Shown one piece after another: positions 28,325 to 40,000 of a stretch of 64,000 nucleotides of DNA. Origin of the DNA: Chitinophaga pinensis (GTDB lineage Bacteria > Bacteroidota > Bacteroidia > AKYH767-A > OLB10); contig CALQOD010000001.1 in NCBI GenBank assembly GCA_943332105.1, forward strand, positions 6,615 to 70,614, written 5' to 3'. Positions within the stretch are counted from its first letter, which is position 1, and the number at the start of each line of letters is the position of its first letter. A program made the position numbers and the translations under genes. The notes beneath the pieces are model-generated. The model was given only the letters and a program-made list of their open reading frames with translations, had not been told where the DNA came from and did not search any database.

Positions 28325-30208
28325 ATGAAAAAACCTCTACAAAAACTAATCAATCTTGTTGTTTTCATTGCTATTATGACATCATTTGTCAGCAATAAAG
28401 CAAATGCCCAAGTAATCAAAACAGAAAGTTTTGATGGTAACACTTTTCAACCTATTGGTTGGTCATTAGATCCAATCATCGGAAATCCGATTTGGGTTAG
28501 AAGAACAAACGGACCCAGTGGAAATCAAACGTTAATTATGCCTCATACAGGTGCTGCAATGGCTAGATTTTCCATTACATTAACGCAAACAGGAACACAG
28601 CAGGCTTTAATTACTCCGGTAATCGATTACTCTCAAACAAATGGAGCTACCCCTACTTTCAGCATGTATATGTATCGTGATAGTTTATCAACTGCTGGCG
28701 ATAGTATCACTGTTATGGTAAACACATCTCCTTCTGTTGCAGGTGCGACTCGTTTAGGAGCGGTTGCTAGAAGCCGTTATTTTAATTTACCAAATAATGA
28801 ATTAAACAACGGATGGTATTTGTATTCATTCAATATCCCTTCAAACTTTAACACGAATACCAACTATATCATTTTAAATGGTACTAGTCAAGGTGGAAGT
28901 AATATGTTTGTTGACGATGTTCAATGGGATGAATACCCTACTCAATGTGCTGGGCAACCATCAGCAGGTACAATCGCTTCAACAGCTTCTTTAATTTGCG
29001 GTGGTAGCGGTTCAGCTGACTTAGCCATCAGTGGTGGTTCTGCAGGATTTGCCGGCATCACTTATCAATGGGAATCTACTACAGATTCTGTAAACGGACC
29101 ATGGACAGCTTTCGCAACTTCTAATAATACAGTTAACACAGGAACATTAACAGCAACTACTTTTTTCCGTTGTTATGTTGGATGCACTATTTCAGGATTA
29201 ATAGATAGTGCTTATTACACAATCACTGTGAACCCTAATCCAAATCCAACGGTATCTACAACACCCAACAGTCCTATTACGGCTTGTGCTGGTAATACCG
29301 TAACAATTACTGCTAATGGTGCAGATACGTATTCATGGTCGCCAGCTACAGGATTAAACACAACAACAGGAAGTATCGTTATTGCAACTCCAACCGCTCC
29401 TACTACTTACACAATTATAGGTACAGATGCTTTTGGATGTACTGGTACGCGTAATGTTACAGTTAATATATCTAACCCTCCAGCCTTTACATTATTTGCA
29501 AACAGAACATCTGTATGTGATGGTGATACAACCTTGCTAAGAGCATTTACTCAAGGTGGTGGATTTGGAACTCAATATGCTTGGAGCACAGGTGCAACAG
29601 GAAATGCAACGGTCGTTACCGTTAACGGACCCACAACTTATACAGTTGTTGCTACTAACCAAGCAGGTTGTTCAAGGACGGATAGCATTGCTATTAATGT
29701 TGTGCCCGGAGTAAATCCAAACTTCGTATTTACTGCAAACAATCAGGTTGTTACTTTTGCTGATAGTTCAAATGGTGCTATTAGCTGGTTATGGTTATTT
29801 GGTGATGGTAATGCATCTTTCTCTCAAAACCCAACTTACAGCTTCTCTGCTTCAGGAACATATAATGTTACATTAATCGTTTCTAACGGAGTTTGTAGTG
29901 CAGATACAATTGTAAAAACAATCACGGTTCAACTAACAGGTTTAGAAAGCAATGCCGCTTCAATCGGAATGAATATCTTCCCTAACCCAGTTGCCAATAC
30001 TGCTACAATTCAGTTTGCATCTCACGAGTCGACAGCTATAATTTCTGTTGTTAATACTATCGGACAAGTAGTTTATTCAAAACAAGTTGCTTCTGCAAAT
30101 GGAAACAAATTCAATGAGACAATCGACTTTAGTCAATTTGCAAACGGAATTTATTCTGTTAAAGTTTTAACAGCTTCTGAAACCGGAGTAATGCAAATTG
30201 TAAAATAA
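28325..30208 (+). CDS. T9SS cargo protein: N-terminal jelly-roll (choice-of-anchor-J/MAM-like) module, Ig/PKD-like repeats, Por_Secre_tail CTD
   Basis: signal peptide; ...NMFVDDVQW module end; repeated Cys-containing Ig-like units; PKD-like WLFGDGNAS; CTD NIFPNPVANTATIQF...GIYSVKV. Confidence 0.8.
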   Translation: MKKPLQKLINLVVFIAIMTSFVSNKANAQVIKTESFDGNTFQPIGWSLDPIIGNPIWVRRTNGPSGNQTLIMPHTGAAMARFSITLTQTGTQQALITPVIDYSQTNGATPTFSMYMYRDSLSTAGDSITVMVNTSPSVAGATRLGAVARSRYFNLPNNELNNGWYLYSFNIPSNFNTNTNYIILNGTSQGGSNMFVDDVQWDEYPTQCAGQPSAGTIASTASLICGGSGSADLAISGGSAGFAGITYQWESTTDSVNGPWTAFATSNNTVNTGTLTATTFFRCYVGCTISGLIDSAYYTITVNPNPNPTVSTTPNSPITACAGNTVTITANGADTYSWSPATGLNTTTGSIVIATPTAPTTYTIIGTDAFGCTGTRNVTVNISNPPAFTLFANRTSVCDGDTTLLRAFTQGGGFGTQYAWSTGATGNATVVTVNGPTTYTVVATNQAGCSRTDSIAINVVPGVNPNFVFTANNQVVTFADSSNGAISWLWLFGDGNASFSQNPTYSFSASGTYNVTLIVSNGVCSADTIVKTITVQLTGLESNAASIGMNIFPNPVANTATIQFASHESTAIISVVNTIGQVVYSKQVASANGNKFNETIDFSQFANGIYSVKVLTASETGVMQIVK

Positions 30209-30228
30209 TACACTAATTTTTTTTAGTT

Positions 30229-30259
30229 AAAATCCCCGCCAACAGCGGGGATTTTTTTT
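30229..30259 (+). terminator. intrinsic terminator
   Basis: stem atccccgc/gcggggat (extendable by A-T pairs), loop caaca, T8 tract. Confidence 0.85.
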
Positions 30260-30342
30260 AGAATTAATTTGTTGATTTCTTATTCGAGACAATAGCACAG
30301 GAACCTTTTTTTAGAATACATTCGATTATTATATTCAATAAT

Positions 30343-32181
30343 ATGTCGAATAATAAAACTGCAAAAAACACCAGCAGCAATTTAGATAGTTTTAAAATAG
30401 AAAAACTCTTTGGTGTAATAATCTTCCTAGTCTCATTCATTTTTTATTGGAATGCCATTCCGAATGAAACAGCATTGGATGATGTTATGGTTTTAACCAA
30501 TAACCAATTTGTTCTGCAAGGAATAGAGGGGATTCCGGATATTTTAAAACATGAAAGTTTTTATGGCGCAACGGGTAAAATCAGCTCACAGTTAAGCTGG
30601 CGCTATCGTCCATTATCACTGATTGTTTTTGCAATTGAACATGAACTATTTGGAAACAATTGGTCAGCCTACCACTTTATTAATATATTACTCTATGCAC
30701 TTCTGTGCTTCGCTATTTATAATTTCATAAAACGACATATTTTCCCAGATGCTATTTTTATTGCATTCTGTGCAGCTTTAATTTTTACTGTCCATCCAAT
30801 GCATACGGAAGTTGTTGCGAACATTAAAAGCCTTGATGAGATACTCGCATTACTCTTTTCAGTATTGTTTTTAAATAGCTTTTTAAATTATAATCAAATC
30901 AAAAACATAAAATCAATTGCCGTTACAATTATCTTTTTAATATTAGCGCTCTTATCAAAGGAAAGCTCCGCAACTTTATTAGTAATTGCTCCTTTAGCAA
31001 TGTTGGTTTTTACAAAAGATGCTATTAAAGATATTATTCTGAAATCAATACCGTTATTGTTTACTGTATTGCTTTTTACTTTTATCAGAATGAACATTAG
31101 TGATATCCCTGCAACAAAAGTGGACATCATGAACGATCCTTATTTGCTTGCTACAACGCATGAAAAATTTGCGACCATTAGTTTAATATTAGGCAAGTAT
31201 ATTGGTCTCTTAATAGCACCGATAAATCAATGTATCGAATACGGCTACAACCAAATTCCTTATGTAACCTTTTCAAATATCTTAAGCATAACATCCTTAG
31301 CTTTTCACGTCGCTGTATTTATTTTTTCAATTACTCAATTGATAAAAAGAAAACCAATTGGATTTGCAACTTTGAGTTACCTAATTTCAATTATTATCCT
31401 ATCTAATATTCTTATTAATATTGGTCCACCAATGGCCGATCGATTTTTGTTTATGCCTAGTTTTTTCTTTGTAATCATTATTGCCATTTTATTTGAATCA
31501 CTACAATCAAGAATTAATAAGTCCTACATTAATTACGCATCCTTATCACTTTTAACATGCTTTGTTTTATTTTCATTTGTAAAAGTGTATGCGAGAAATA
31601 AAGATTGGAAAAACAACGAAACACTTTACAAAGCCGACATAATAAAATCACCCAATAGTGTCAGAATGCTAACCTATCATGCAGGCATGCTTATTAATCA
31701 AACAGATTCTATTCAAGACTCGTTGACCAAATCGAATAAACTTAAAACAGCTATTAATAATTTCGAGAAGGCATATTCAATCTATAAATCATATGCTAAC
31801 ATGTATCAAAATTGGGGATTATCCTATTATAGAATCAACAATATTGATAGTGCTGAATGGGCATGGAATAGGTTAAAACAATTGAAGCCCGACAGTAAGT
31901 TTGTACCGATGAATGATACATTATTAGCTACAACACGCTTTAACATCTGGAATAAAAAATATGAAGAAGCCTTACCTCGTCAAAACTATGCTGAACTACT
32001 TCCGCTTTATCGCAATGCGATTAGTTATTATGATGTAATGCCAGGTTCTTGGGTATTAATTGGTAAACTCTATTTTGTAAACAACAAAAAAGATAGCGCT
32101 ACTTGGGCATGGAACGAATGTCTTAAAAGAGATCCAGGAAATGTAGAAGCAAAAAAATTATTAGCTAATCCAGTGTGGTAA
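30343..32181 (+). CDS. polytopic membrane protein with C-terminal TPR domain (TMTC/PMT-like GT-C glycosyltransferase candidate)
   Basis: 612 aa; about 10-11 TM helices (aa 20-420) then a soluble TPR-like region (YANMYQNWGLSYYRINNIDSAEWAWNRLKQLKPD...WAWNECLKRDPGN); early loop ALDDVMVLTNN. Confidence 0.65.
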   Translation: MSNNKTAKNTSSNLDSFKIEKLFGVIIFLVSFIFYWNAIPNETALDDVMVLTNNQFVLQGIEGIPDILKHESFYGATGKISSQLSWRYRPLSLIVFAIEHELFGNNWSAYHFINILLYALLCFAIYNFIKRHIFPDAIFIAFCAALIFTVHPMHTEVVANIKSLDEILALLFSVLFLNSFLNYNQIKNIKSIAVTIIFLILALLSKESSATLLVIAPLAMLVFTKDAIKDIILKSIPLLFTVLLFTFIRMNISDIPATKVDIMNDPYLLATTHEKFATISLILGKYIGLLIAPINQCIEYGYNQIPYVTFSNILSITSLAFHVAVFIFSITQLIKRKPIGFATLSYLISIIILSNILINIGPPMADRFLFMPSFFFVIIIAILFESLQSRINKSYINYASLSLLTCFVLFSFVKVYARNKDWKNNETLYKADIIKSPNSVRMLTYHAGMLINQTDSIQDSLTKSNKLKTAINNFEKAYSIYKSYANMYQNWGLSYYRINNIDSAEWAWNRLKQLKPDSKFVPMNDTLLATTRFNIWNKKYEEALPRQNYAELLPLYRNAISYYDVMPGSWVLIGKLYFVNNKKDSATWAWNECLKRDPGNVEAKKLLANPVW

Positions 32182-32188
32182 TAAAAAA

Positions 32189-32213
32189 GGGGAACTTAAT
32201 ATTTAAGCTCCCC
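32189..32213. terminator. bidirectional intrinsic terminator between convergent genes
   Basis: stem ggggaacttaa/ttaagctcccc (1 mismatch), A-run upstream and T-run downstream. Confidence 0.75.
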
Positions 32214-32238
32214 TTTTTTTTAATATTTATTAAATCAA

Positions 32239-33618
32239 TTATTCAACTACTAAACGTTGAACTCCGATTTTCTGATTGTTTTGTTCTAATTGTACCATGT
32301 AAATTCCTTTTGATAAACCAAGGTCGTTGACCATAATTACGTTAACTCCATTTGCAATTTGAGTATTTACAAATGAATTAACCACTTTTCCTGTTACAGT
32401 CATAACACTTACTCTTACAGGCTCAGCATTACCTGTTGTGAATTGTAAATTGAAAGCACCTTTAGAAGGATTTGGAGATAAAGAGAAATTAGTATTTGAA
32501 TTAATTGAATTAAATCCAGTCGAATTTCCTACACGTAAAGAGATTGATAAGTCAGATTGGAATACCTGTGAATTATATTCTTCAGTAACACGAATACCAA
32601 TTACGTAAGGAGCTGTTCTTGCTTGAGCAGCAGTTGGTGTCCATGATAAGGTACCACCAGCACAAGAAGCTGCGTTGATTGGTGTGAAGACAGCAGGGTT
32701 ATTTGATAATAATAAAGCCTCACCAGCACCTGATAATCTTAAGTTTTGACCATCTAAATCAATTACAGAAACAGTTAAGTTAAATGGAGCTCCTGGAGCA
32801 ACAGTATAGTTTTTTGAGTTATAAGGGAACGTATTTGAGTTCACACTTACGTTAGCAGGACGATTTGAGCTAGGTACAACAATGATTTGCATATCACGAG
32901 TGATTTCGCCAATCTGTACTCCGTTTCTGTATTCCTTCACACGAAGAGAAACCTGGAAGTTTCCTAACGTATTTGGTAAGAACGTAATTTCACCTGTTAA
33001 AGGATCCATGTTGAAAGGAAATAATGAATCAGATGGAGGTAATGAATAACCTAAAACCTGAGCACCATTCATTGATAATGGAATATCCAACGACCATGCG
33101 ATAGAGTCCCCATCTGCATCGAATGGTAATGGATTGTAATAGAAAGGAACGCTATCCTGAGCTAATACAATTGGAGGATTTAAAAACACTGGTGAAGAGT
33201 TCATCGTATCTACTAAGAAATTAGTGTAGAAATAATGTGACTCACCACTAGGCTGAGCCATGTTTAAGATAGCAGCATTACGGCAGCACTCTTCATAGTG
33301 AATTGCCCAATTCCCTGTGTTCGGGAAAGTAACATCTGTTTCATAAACATACTCCTCAACTCCTGGTACTAAAACAGTAACCAATGAATCATAAGGAATA
33401 GTCGTTGTAAAATTAGCGCCACTTGTTGAGTCAACAAAATAAATCATTGCTAATGTACCAATAGGAATACCCGTCATATCGCGGTATGCAGTGTACTTTA
33501 AATGATAATCCATTCCGCTGATATGCGAAATAGTAATTTGACCTCCCATCATGTGAGAAGCGAATGTGCCTGTTGTAAAGGTGAAACAAGCAACTAATAC
33601 GAGTAATAGTTTTTTCAT
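32239..33618 (-). CDS. T9SS cargo protein (Ig/cadherin-like repeats plus Por_Secre_tail CTD)
   Basis: signal peptide; SHMMGGQITISH N-terminal module; CTD FSLSPNPSKGAFNLQF...GIYMVQL. Confidence 0.75.
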   Translation of the reverse strand: MKKLLLVLVACFTFTTGTFASHMMGGQITISHISGMDYHLKYTAYRDMTGIPIGTLAMIYFVDSTSGANFTTTIPYDSLVTVLVPGVEEYVYETDVTFPNTGNWAIHYEECCRNAAILNMAQPSGESHYFYTNFLVDTMNSSPVFLNPPIVLAQDSVPFYYNPLPFDADGDSIAWSLDIPLSMNGAQVLGYSLPPSDSLFPFNMDPLTGEITFLPNTLGNFQVSLRVKEYRNGVQIGEITRDMQIIVVPSSNRPANVSVNSNTFPYNSKNYTVAPGAPFNLTVSVIDLDGQNLRLSGAGEALLLSNNPAVFTPINAASCAGGTLSWTPTAAQARTAPYVIGIRVTEEYNSQVFQSDLSISLRVGNSTGFNSINSNTNFSLSPNPSKGAFNLQFTTGNAEPVRVSVMTVTGKVVNSFVNTQIANGVNVIMVNDLGLSKGIYMVQLEQNNQKIGVQRLVVE

Positions 33619-33780
33619 AATGTTTTAGGTTAATGCGTATTACAAATATTATAATAATTTATGAATAACACAAAGTCTTTTAATTAAATATGAATATAAA
33701 TTCAATTTAACTATTGAGCCACAACCAAAATATATCAAATTAGTTCTCTATTTTAGGGCATTGAATGAATAACCAAAATA

Positions 33781-36700
33781 ATGAGCCTTAACCGATTTTT
33801 ACGAATTACCTTATCAATTATAACAATATCACTGGTCGATTTTTCTTTTTCGAATGCTCAATCCTATCTCTATAATTTCGATTCAGGAACGAATGAAGGA
33901 TGGGTCTCGTATACACAAAGTGGTTCTTCCTGGGAGCGCGGGACACCAACAGCTTCTGGATTTCAGCCTGCTTTTACAGCCCCTAATTGCTGGGGCATCG
34001 ATTTAGACTCTGGCTATCGAGGTAACACTATTGCTTACCTGACATCACCAATGATGCAAATAAGTAATCTAACTGACCCGTATTTATCGTTTCGTCAATT
34101 TCGTTATATGCCTTTTGGTTTTGATGGTTTTCATCTTGAATACTCAACAAATGGCACTACCTGGCAACGATTAACCAACGGATTATATGCCGATAATTGG
34201 TACAACACCACCTCTGTTTTTACAACAGCACTACCTGGATTTACTGGGACCTCTAATGGATGGCAACAATCAGGAATACATTTGAATTATATCGGACATA
34301 TTGATAGTCTTAAAGTGCGTTTCGTTTTTAATAGTTATATTTTTGGTAGTGCTCAACCCGGAGTATTAATAGATCAAATTAGCTTGACACAAAGTACAAT
34401 TGCGCACAACGACTTATCTACTTTTTTAATTTTAAGTCCAAGCAATACCGGAAACAACCAACCCATTGATGTTGTAATATTCAACAATTCATCTGTTACC
34501 GTGGACACATTTACCGTTGGATATATTTATAACAATGTAACTACCACTTCTATTGTGGCAAAAACAATTGCGCCAGGCAACACTGACATTGTTCAGCTAG
34601 GTACGGGAAACTTTACAAATAACAATACCAACTTTTGCGTGTTTGCAAGAGGACGCAACGATTATAATTATTCTAATGACACGCTATGTATTAACCTTCA
34701 AGGTTCATTCCCAGGCGATCTGTCCATTCTTTCCGTTTCTATTCCAAGTACTTCATACACTATAGGTACAAATACAGGAAATATTGCTATAACGGTTACG
34801 AACATGGGCAATACCGCCATCAGTAGTTTTGTTTTAGGGTATAAACTTAACGGAGTAACTTACTACCCAACACCATTATCAGGAACAACTATTAACCCTG
34901 GTGCATTTTTTACATTTTACCTGCCTGGATTTACGATAACGCAAGCAACCAATCAGCTTTGTGCATTTTGTCAGATGGCAGGAGATATTAATGCAACGAA
35001 TGATACATTGTGTATTGGCGTATCGGGAAACACCCCTCAGATTTTAAATTTTTATGACGACTTTGAATCGGGTGCGACTTTATGGTACGCCGACAATTCC
35101 CAATCAATAGGAACCAATTGGGAATTAGGATTTCCACAGTATAATATAACGTCTGGTGTTCATTCTGGAAGCAATGCGTGGGATATTAACCTAACAACTC
35201 CTTATGCGTCATATGCAAATGCTTATTTATACTCGCCATACTTTGATTTATCAAACACTGTGCACCCAAAACTGGAATTCTGGCAAAATAGAAATAGCGA
35301 ATTAAACTGGGATGGGCTAAGATTAGAAGTTGATTATGGAACAGGATGGAATATACTAGGATATTATGGTGATTTTAATGCAACCAACTGGTACACGAAT
35401 CCATCATTAAATTCATCTCAACTGCCGGGATGGGATGGTAACTCTGTAAGCTGGCAAAATTCAACCTATAAACTAGATGTATTTTCAAATCAAAGTTCAG
35501 TTCAATTCCGCTATGTATTTACTTCTGACGTGAGCATTGAAACAGATGGCGTATCGATTGATGATTTTAGTATTAAACAATCTTCACAATATGATGGTGC
35601 ATTAATCCAATCATCTAATTTCGATACCCTACTTGCAGGATACAGTTATCCAGTTAGTGTGTATTTACAAAATCAAGGAATAATTAATATTTCGAACCTC
35701 TCAATTCAATACCAATTAAACAATTCACCTGTAGTAAATCAAAACTGGAATGGCAATCTGCCGCTTGATTCAATTGCTTTAGTTGCGCTTCCGAATTTTA
35801 CACCAGTGGGTGGTTGGAACATTCTTACCATTTATATTAACTGGCCGCTCGATCTTGATCAGCAAAACAATTCAATCACGTTATATTTTTATGCCACATA
35901 CGAAAACGACGCTGCATTATTGTCCTTTACATCTCCTCAAAACAATATAGGCCAAGGAACCCCTACTCCTGTTCAGGTAGTGTTACAAAATCAAGGAAGC
36001 TTTCCGTTAACCAATGTTGCAATAAAGTATACTAACAATAACGGAGTACCGCTAAACTATAATTGGTCTGGAAATCTACCAAAGGATTCTACCACTTTAG
36101 TCACACTACAATCTTTCATTCCTGTTGGCGGAACTAATAATTTAAAGGCCTATATCGATTGGTCTTTGGATGCAATTAATAGCAACGATACAATTAACTT
36201 AAGTGCATTTGCCATTGTTACCGCTAACCTAACTTACTCCTACGATTTTGAAAATGGTGATCAAGGCTGGTATGATAGTTCATTCACTAATTATACACAA
36301 TGGGAATTAGGCAATCCGACTTTTACCCCAACTAACTTTTCTCATTCAGGAACTAATTGCTGGGATATTAATTTGAATACTCCTTACTTTAATGTTGCCT
36401 ATGCCCATCTTTATTCTCCTTTGTTTATAATTTCAAATTACACAAAAGTGAATATTGATTTTTGGTTGAACTATTCAACGGAATATGCTACAGACGGAAC
36501 TTATTTAGAGTATTCTTTAGATGGCAGCTCTTGGGAATCGCTTGGCACCATCAACGATCCTAATGGAACAAACTGGTATAACACTACTATGTTTGGTAAT
36601 AATTTTGGCTGGACAGGCAACTCTAGCGGATGGAAAAACTGTAGTTATTCGTTCAGTAATCTAACGGGTGCCAATATCCTACAATTAAAATTTGTATTTA

Positions 36701-37026
36701 AAAGCGATATTAACTTAACCGCAGCTGGAATTTCACTTGATGATATTACACTTCAAGGTGTAGTTGGATTGAATGAAAATACAGATGCTTCGAAGTACTT
36801 ACTCTTCCCTAATCCATCGAATCAAAATTGTCATGTTGCATTTCCTTATACAACACAAAAAATTTATATTATGGATGCGAATGGAAAATCAGTTGTTCAA
36901 CACACAACTCATAATGAAACATCACGAAATATAAGCACAGCTAATTTTTCAGAAGGATTTTATCTGATTCGATTTGTTAATACGAATGGAACATATTCAA
37001 CTAGAAAACTACAAGTCATTCATTAG
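33781..37026 (+). CDS. T9SS cargo protein with periodic architecture: (MAM-like jelly-roll plus 2 CARDB-like Ig modules) x2, then MAM-like, then CTD
   Basis: three modules sharing W(E)(R/L)G.P...(N/S)CW(G/D)I(D/N)L...Y(L)(T/Y)SP and ending LIDQISL / SIDDFSI / SLDDITL; four about 100-aa modules; CTD YLLFPNPSNQNCHVAF...GFYLIRF. Confidence 0.8.
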   Translation: MSLNRFLRITLSIITISLVDFSFSNAQSYLYNFDSGTNEGWVSYTQSGSSWERGTPTASGFQPAFTAPNCWGIDLDSGYRGNTIAYLTSPMMQISNLTDPYLSFRQFRYMPFGFDGFHLEYSTNGTTWQRLTNGLYADNWYNTTSVFTTALPGFTGTSNGWQQSGIHLNYIGHIDSLKVRFVFNSYIFGSAQPGVLIDQISLTQSTIAHNDLSTFLILSPSNTGNNQPIDVVIFNNSSVTVDTFTVGYIYNNVTTTSIVAKTIAPGNTDIVQLGTGNFTNNNTNFCVFARGRNDYNYSNDTLCINLQGSFPGDLSILSVSIPSTSYTIGTNTGNIAITVTNMGNTAISSFVLGYKLNGVTYYPTPLSGTTINPGAFFTFYLPGFTITQATNQLCAFCQMAGDINATNDTLCIGVSGNTPQILNFYDDFESGATLWYADNSQSIGTNWELGFPQYNITSGVHSGSNAWDINLTTPYASYANAYLYSPYFDLSNTVHPKLEFWQNRNSELNWDGLRLEVDYGTGWNILGYYGDFNATNWYTNPSLNSSQLPGWDGNSVSWQNSTYKLDVFSNQSSVQFRYVFTSDVSIETDGVSIDDFSIKQSSQYDGALIQSSNFDTLLAGYSYPVSVYLQNQGIINISNLSIQYQLNNSPVVNQNWNGNLPLDSIALVALPNFTPVGGWNILTIYINWPLDLDQQNNSITLYFYATYENDAALLSFTSPQNNIGQGTPTPVQVVLQNQGSFPLTNVAIKYTNNNGVPLNYNWSGNLPKDSTTLVTLQSFIPVGGTNNLKAYIDWSLDAINSNDTINLSAFAIVTANLTYSYDFENGDQGWYDSSFTNYTQWELGNPTFTPTNFSHSGTNCWDINLNTPYFNVAYAHLYSPLFIISNYTKVNIDFWLNYSTEYATDGTYLEYSLDGSSWESLGTINDPNGTNWYNTTMFGNNFGWTGNSSGWKNCSYSFSNLTGANILQLKFVFKSDINLTAAGISLDDITLQGVVGLNENTDASKYLLFPNPSNQNCHVAFPYTTQKIYIMDANGKSVVQHTTHNETSRNISTANFSEGFYLIRFVNTNGTYSTRKLQVIH

Positions 37027-40000
37027 TGCGCAATTATCAACTTAGTGGTATAGTTGAATTGATTTCCTTTCAGATTGATTAAATAAATTCCGGATGGATA
37101 ATTACTGCAATCAATACTGAATGCTTGATCTCCTTTTTGCAATAAAACTTCTTTGCGTAAAACAATTTGTCCGGTAATATCAGTTACAATCAAACCTGCA
37201 ACAGCATTCATAGTAGAAAGCAATTTAATGTCTGATTTATTATTTGCAGGATTAGGATAAACAATCATTGCAATTCCAATCGATTTAATTTCATTTACCT
37301 GAACTGTCACAGCTGCAATACCAGAAATATTTTCACAACCATTGCTATCTGTTACAGCAACAGTGTAATTACCAAGCTGTGTAAAGCTGTAAGATTTTGC
37401 ATTCGCTCCCGGAATAATACTTCCATTAAAATACCATTGATAACCCAATCCTGTTTGCAACGACACTAACGAATCAGGATAAATGGTAATTGAATTTCCA
37501 CTAGAAGGAGCTACAACTTCAATGTATGAATTATACGTAATCGAATCCATTCCATTAGCATTTGTAACAACTAAACTTACGGGATATAAACCGGCACTTG
37601 AATAATTTACCGAAGGATTATTTGCTGTTGAAGTTACAGGCACTCCACCCATAAAATACCATTGCTGCGATGAAGGTGCGCCTGTAGATTGATTAATATA
37701 AGTAACATTATTTCCTTCGCAAATCTTTTTACTTGAAGAAACAAATGATGCAATTGGTGATACAATAGATGTCGGTTCTAAAATTATATTATCGAGGTAT
37801 AAGCAATTGCCATAATGTCCGCGATTTTGAAATACAATTTTTAACTCTCCTTGACTTAGGTACGCCGTTAAATCTACAGAGTCTGTTCGCCACTGATTTG
37901 AACCTGGAATATAAAATGCAGCGGTATCCGCAGATGTAGCAAGATCCGTATATCCTTTCACATAAACTTGCTGATAAGATGCGCCACAATCCGAAGAAAC
38001 CAAAACAGCCAATGTATCATAATAATCCTGGCTATAACGCGCATACGCTAAATCAAACTTTAATAGAGCACTTTGCAAACCTGATGTATTAAATCGAGGC
38101 GCTATTAATTCATCTCTTTTACCAGTCACATCATTACCATAATTATCAAAATAAATCGAATTCTGACTTAACCCATATCCACCAGCGTTACCGGTCAAGG
38201 TCCACTCTATTCCATCTTCACCATCGTCAAAAATATTCCAATCATATGGCAACAAATTTTCAAATCCTTCCGACATAGAAAATGCCTGAGAAGTTGTAAC
38301 ATGAATATAACCCTGACGAACAACCGTATTATTACCTGAAGTTCCATACGCAATCATAGAAACTAAATAATCGCCAGACTGCGAATAAATAACTGTTGGA
38401 TTGTTAGTTGTTGATGTTGAAGGATTGCCTCCTTGAAAATACCATTGAACAGCGTATGCGCCATAGCTAATATTGGTAAATTGAACTTGCTCGTTTTCGC
38501 AAATATTTTTTTTATCCGACATAAAATCAGCTACAGGGGTTTCATCTTTATTCAGTGGAGATTCCCATACACCTTTTCCATAAAACGACACTCTTAATTT
38601 TGAAAGACCAGTACCATCCTCATAAATCATTAAATCATGAATCTGCGCAATGGAAGGTAATCCGCCAGAATAATTCAACCAGCTATTCATCGAAGCATTT
38701 CGATAATATACTCCCGCTGCATTTGCAATATAAATGGCTTCATTAGTACTGCTGTAATCATTGATTACATTTATCACATTTAATCCCGGATAATTACTTG
38801 TAATATTCGTCCATGTTTGTCCGCGGTTAATTGATTTATAAATTCTTGAATTACATGTTACATAAACGATATTCGTATCACTCTTTACAACCTCTATTGA
38901 ACCTGCCACATTAGTTGCATAAGGCAACGTAAAAATAGAAATTGTAGGATTAGCCGACTTCGCATCTTCAATACGATAGACTCTTGCATTATCTGTTACC
39001 ACATAAACGACATCAGACTTTAACGGATTTACTTTTATTCCTCGAATGGTATGTCCTAATGCAGCAACTACACTCCATGAAATTGATCCGTTGTAAATGT
39101 TTGATGAAACACATAACGTATCGCGACCAGCGTAAGCGGTATTAGTATCAGAAGGACAAAATGAAATGCGTGTATTACCATCACACTGAACTGGTAAATT
39201 AATAGACACACTTCCGCCCACTGGAACTAATCGTCTTCTTTGATTTTCACTTAAGTAATAAACGTAGTTATTATGCGTATAATCAAAATCACATTGTGCT
39301 CCCCAGTCGCCACCGCGATTACATTTCCAGGAATTTAATGAATGAAACAACTCTCCGTTATCTTGTGTTCCGATACTCACTAAATCTTCTCGCGTTTTAC
39401 TTTGTGCCGCATGATAAATTTCTGTTGCATTGATTCCATCACTCTTCGGCGACCAGAATGAACCACCATTAGTACTCAACCAAACCCCACCATCATTCGC
39501 CTCCCAAAGTTGACTATGATCAAACGGATTCACTAAGATGTGATGCATATCCGTATGCAGGTTAGCATACCATTGCGTTAGTTGTGTCCAATTAACGCCA
39601 CCATCTGTCGACTTCCATACAACATGTGATGCTACATATACTGTATTCGGATCATCGGGATCAACACAGCAAGTAAAATTGTAATTCCCTTGCCCGCCAC
39701 CGTTAGCATCATAACCAGTTAAACTCTGACTCGGATTATGATATACAGTCGTAAATGAATTTCCACCATCAGTTGATTTAAAAATGGTTCCTTCATCACA
39801 GTTCATAGCCACGTAAACGATGTTTGAATCTGCAGGACTAACACCAAAGCGTATACCCTGACCACCATTACTTCCCGGAGGAGTTAAACCATTTGATAAC
39901 TGCACCCATGAATCACCTCTATCGTCTGATTTAAAAACTTCATCATAGGTTGATGCATAAATCGTATTAGTTCCCGTATTCGTCTTCCAAACCATATCAG

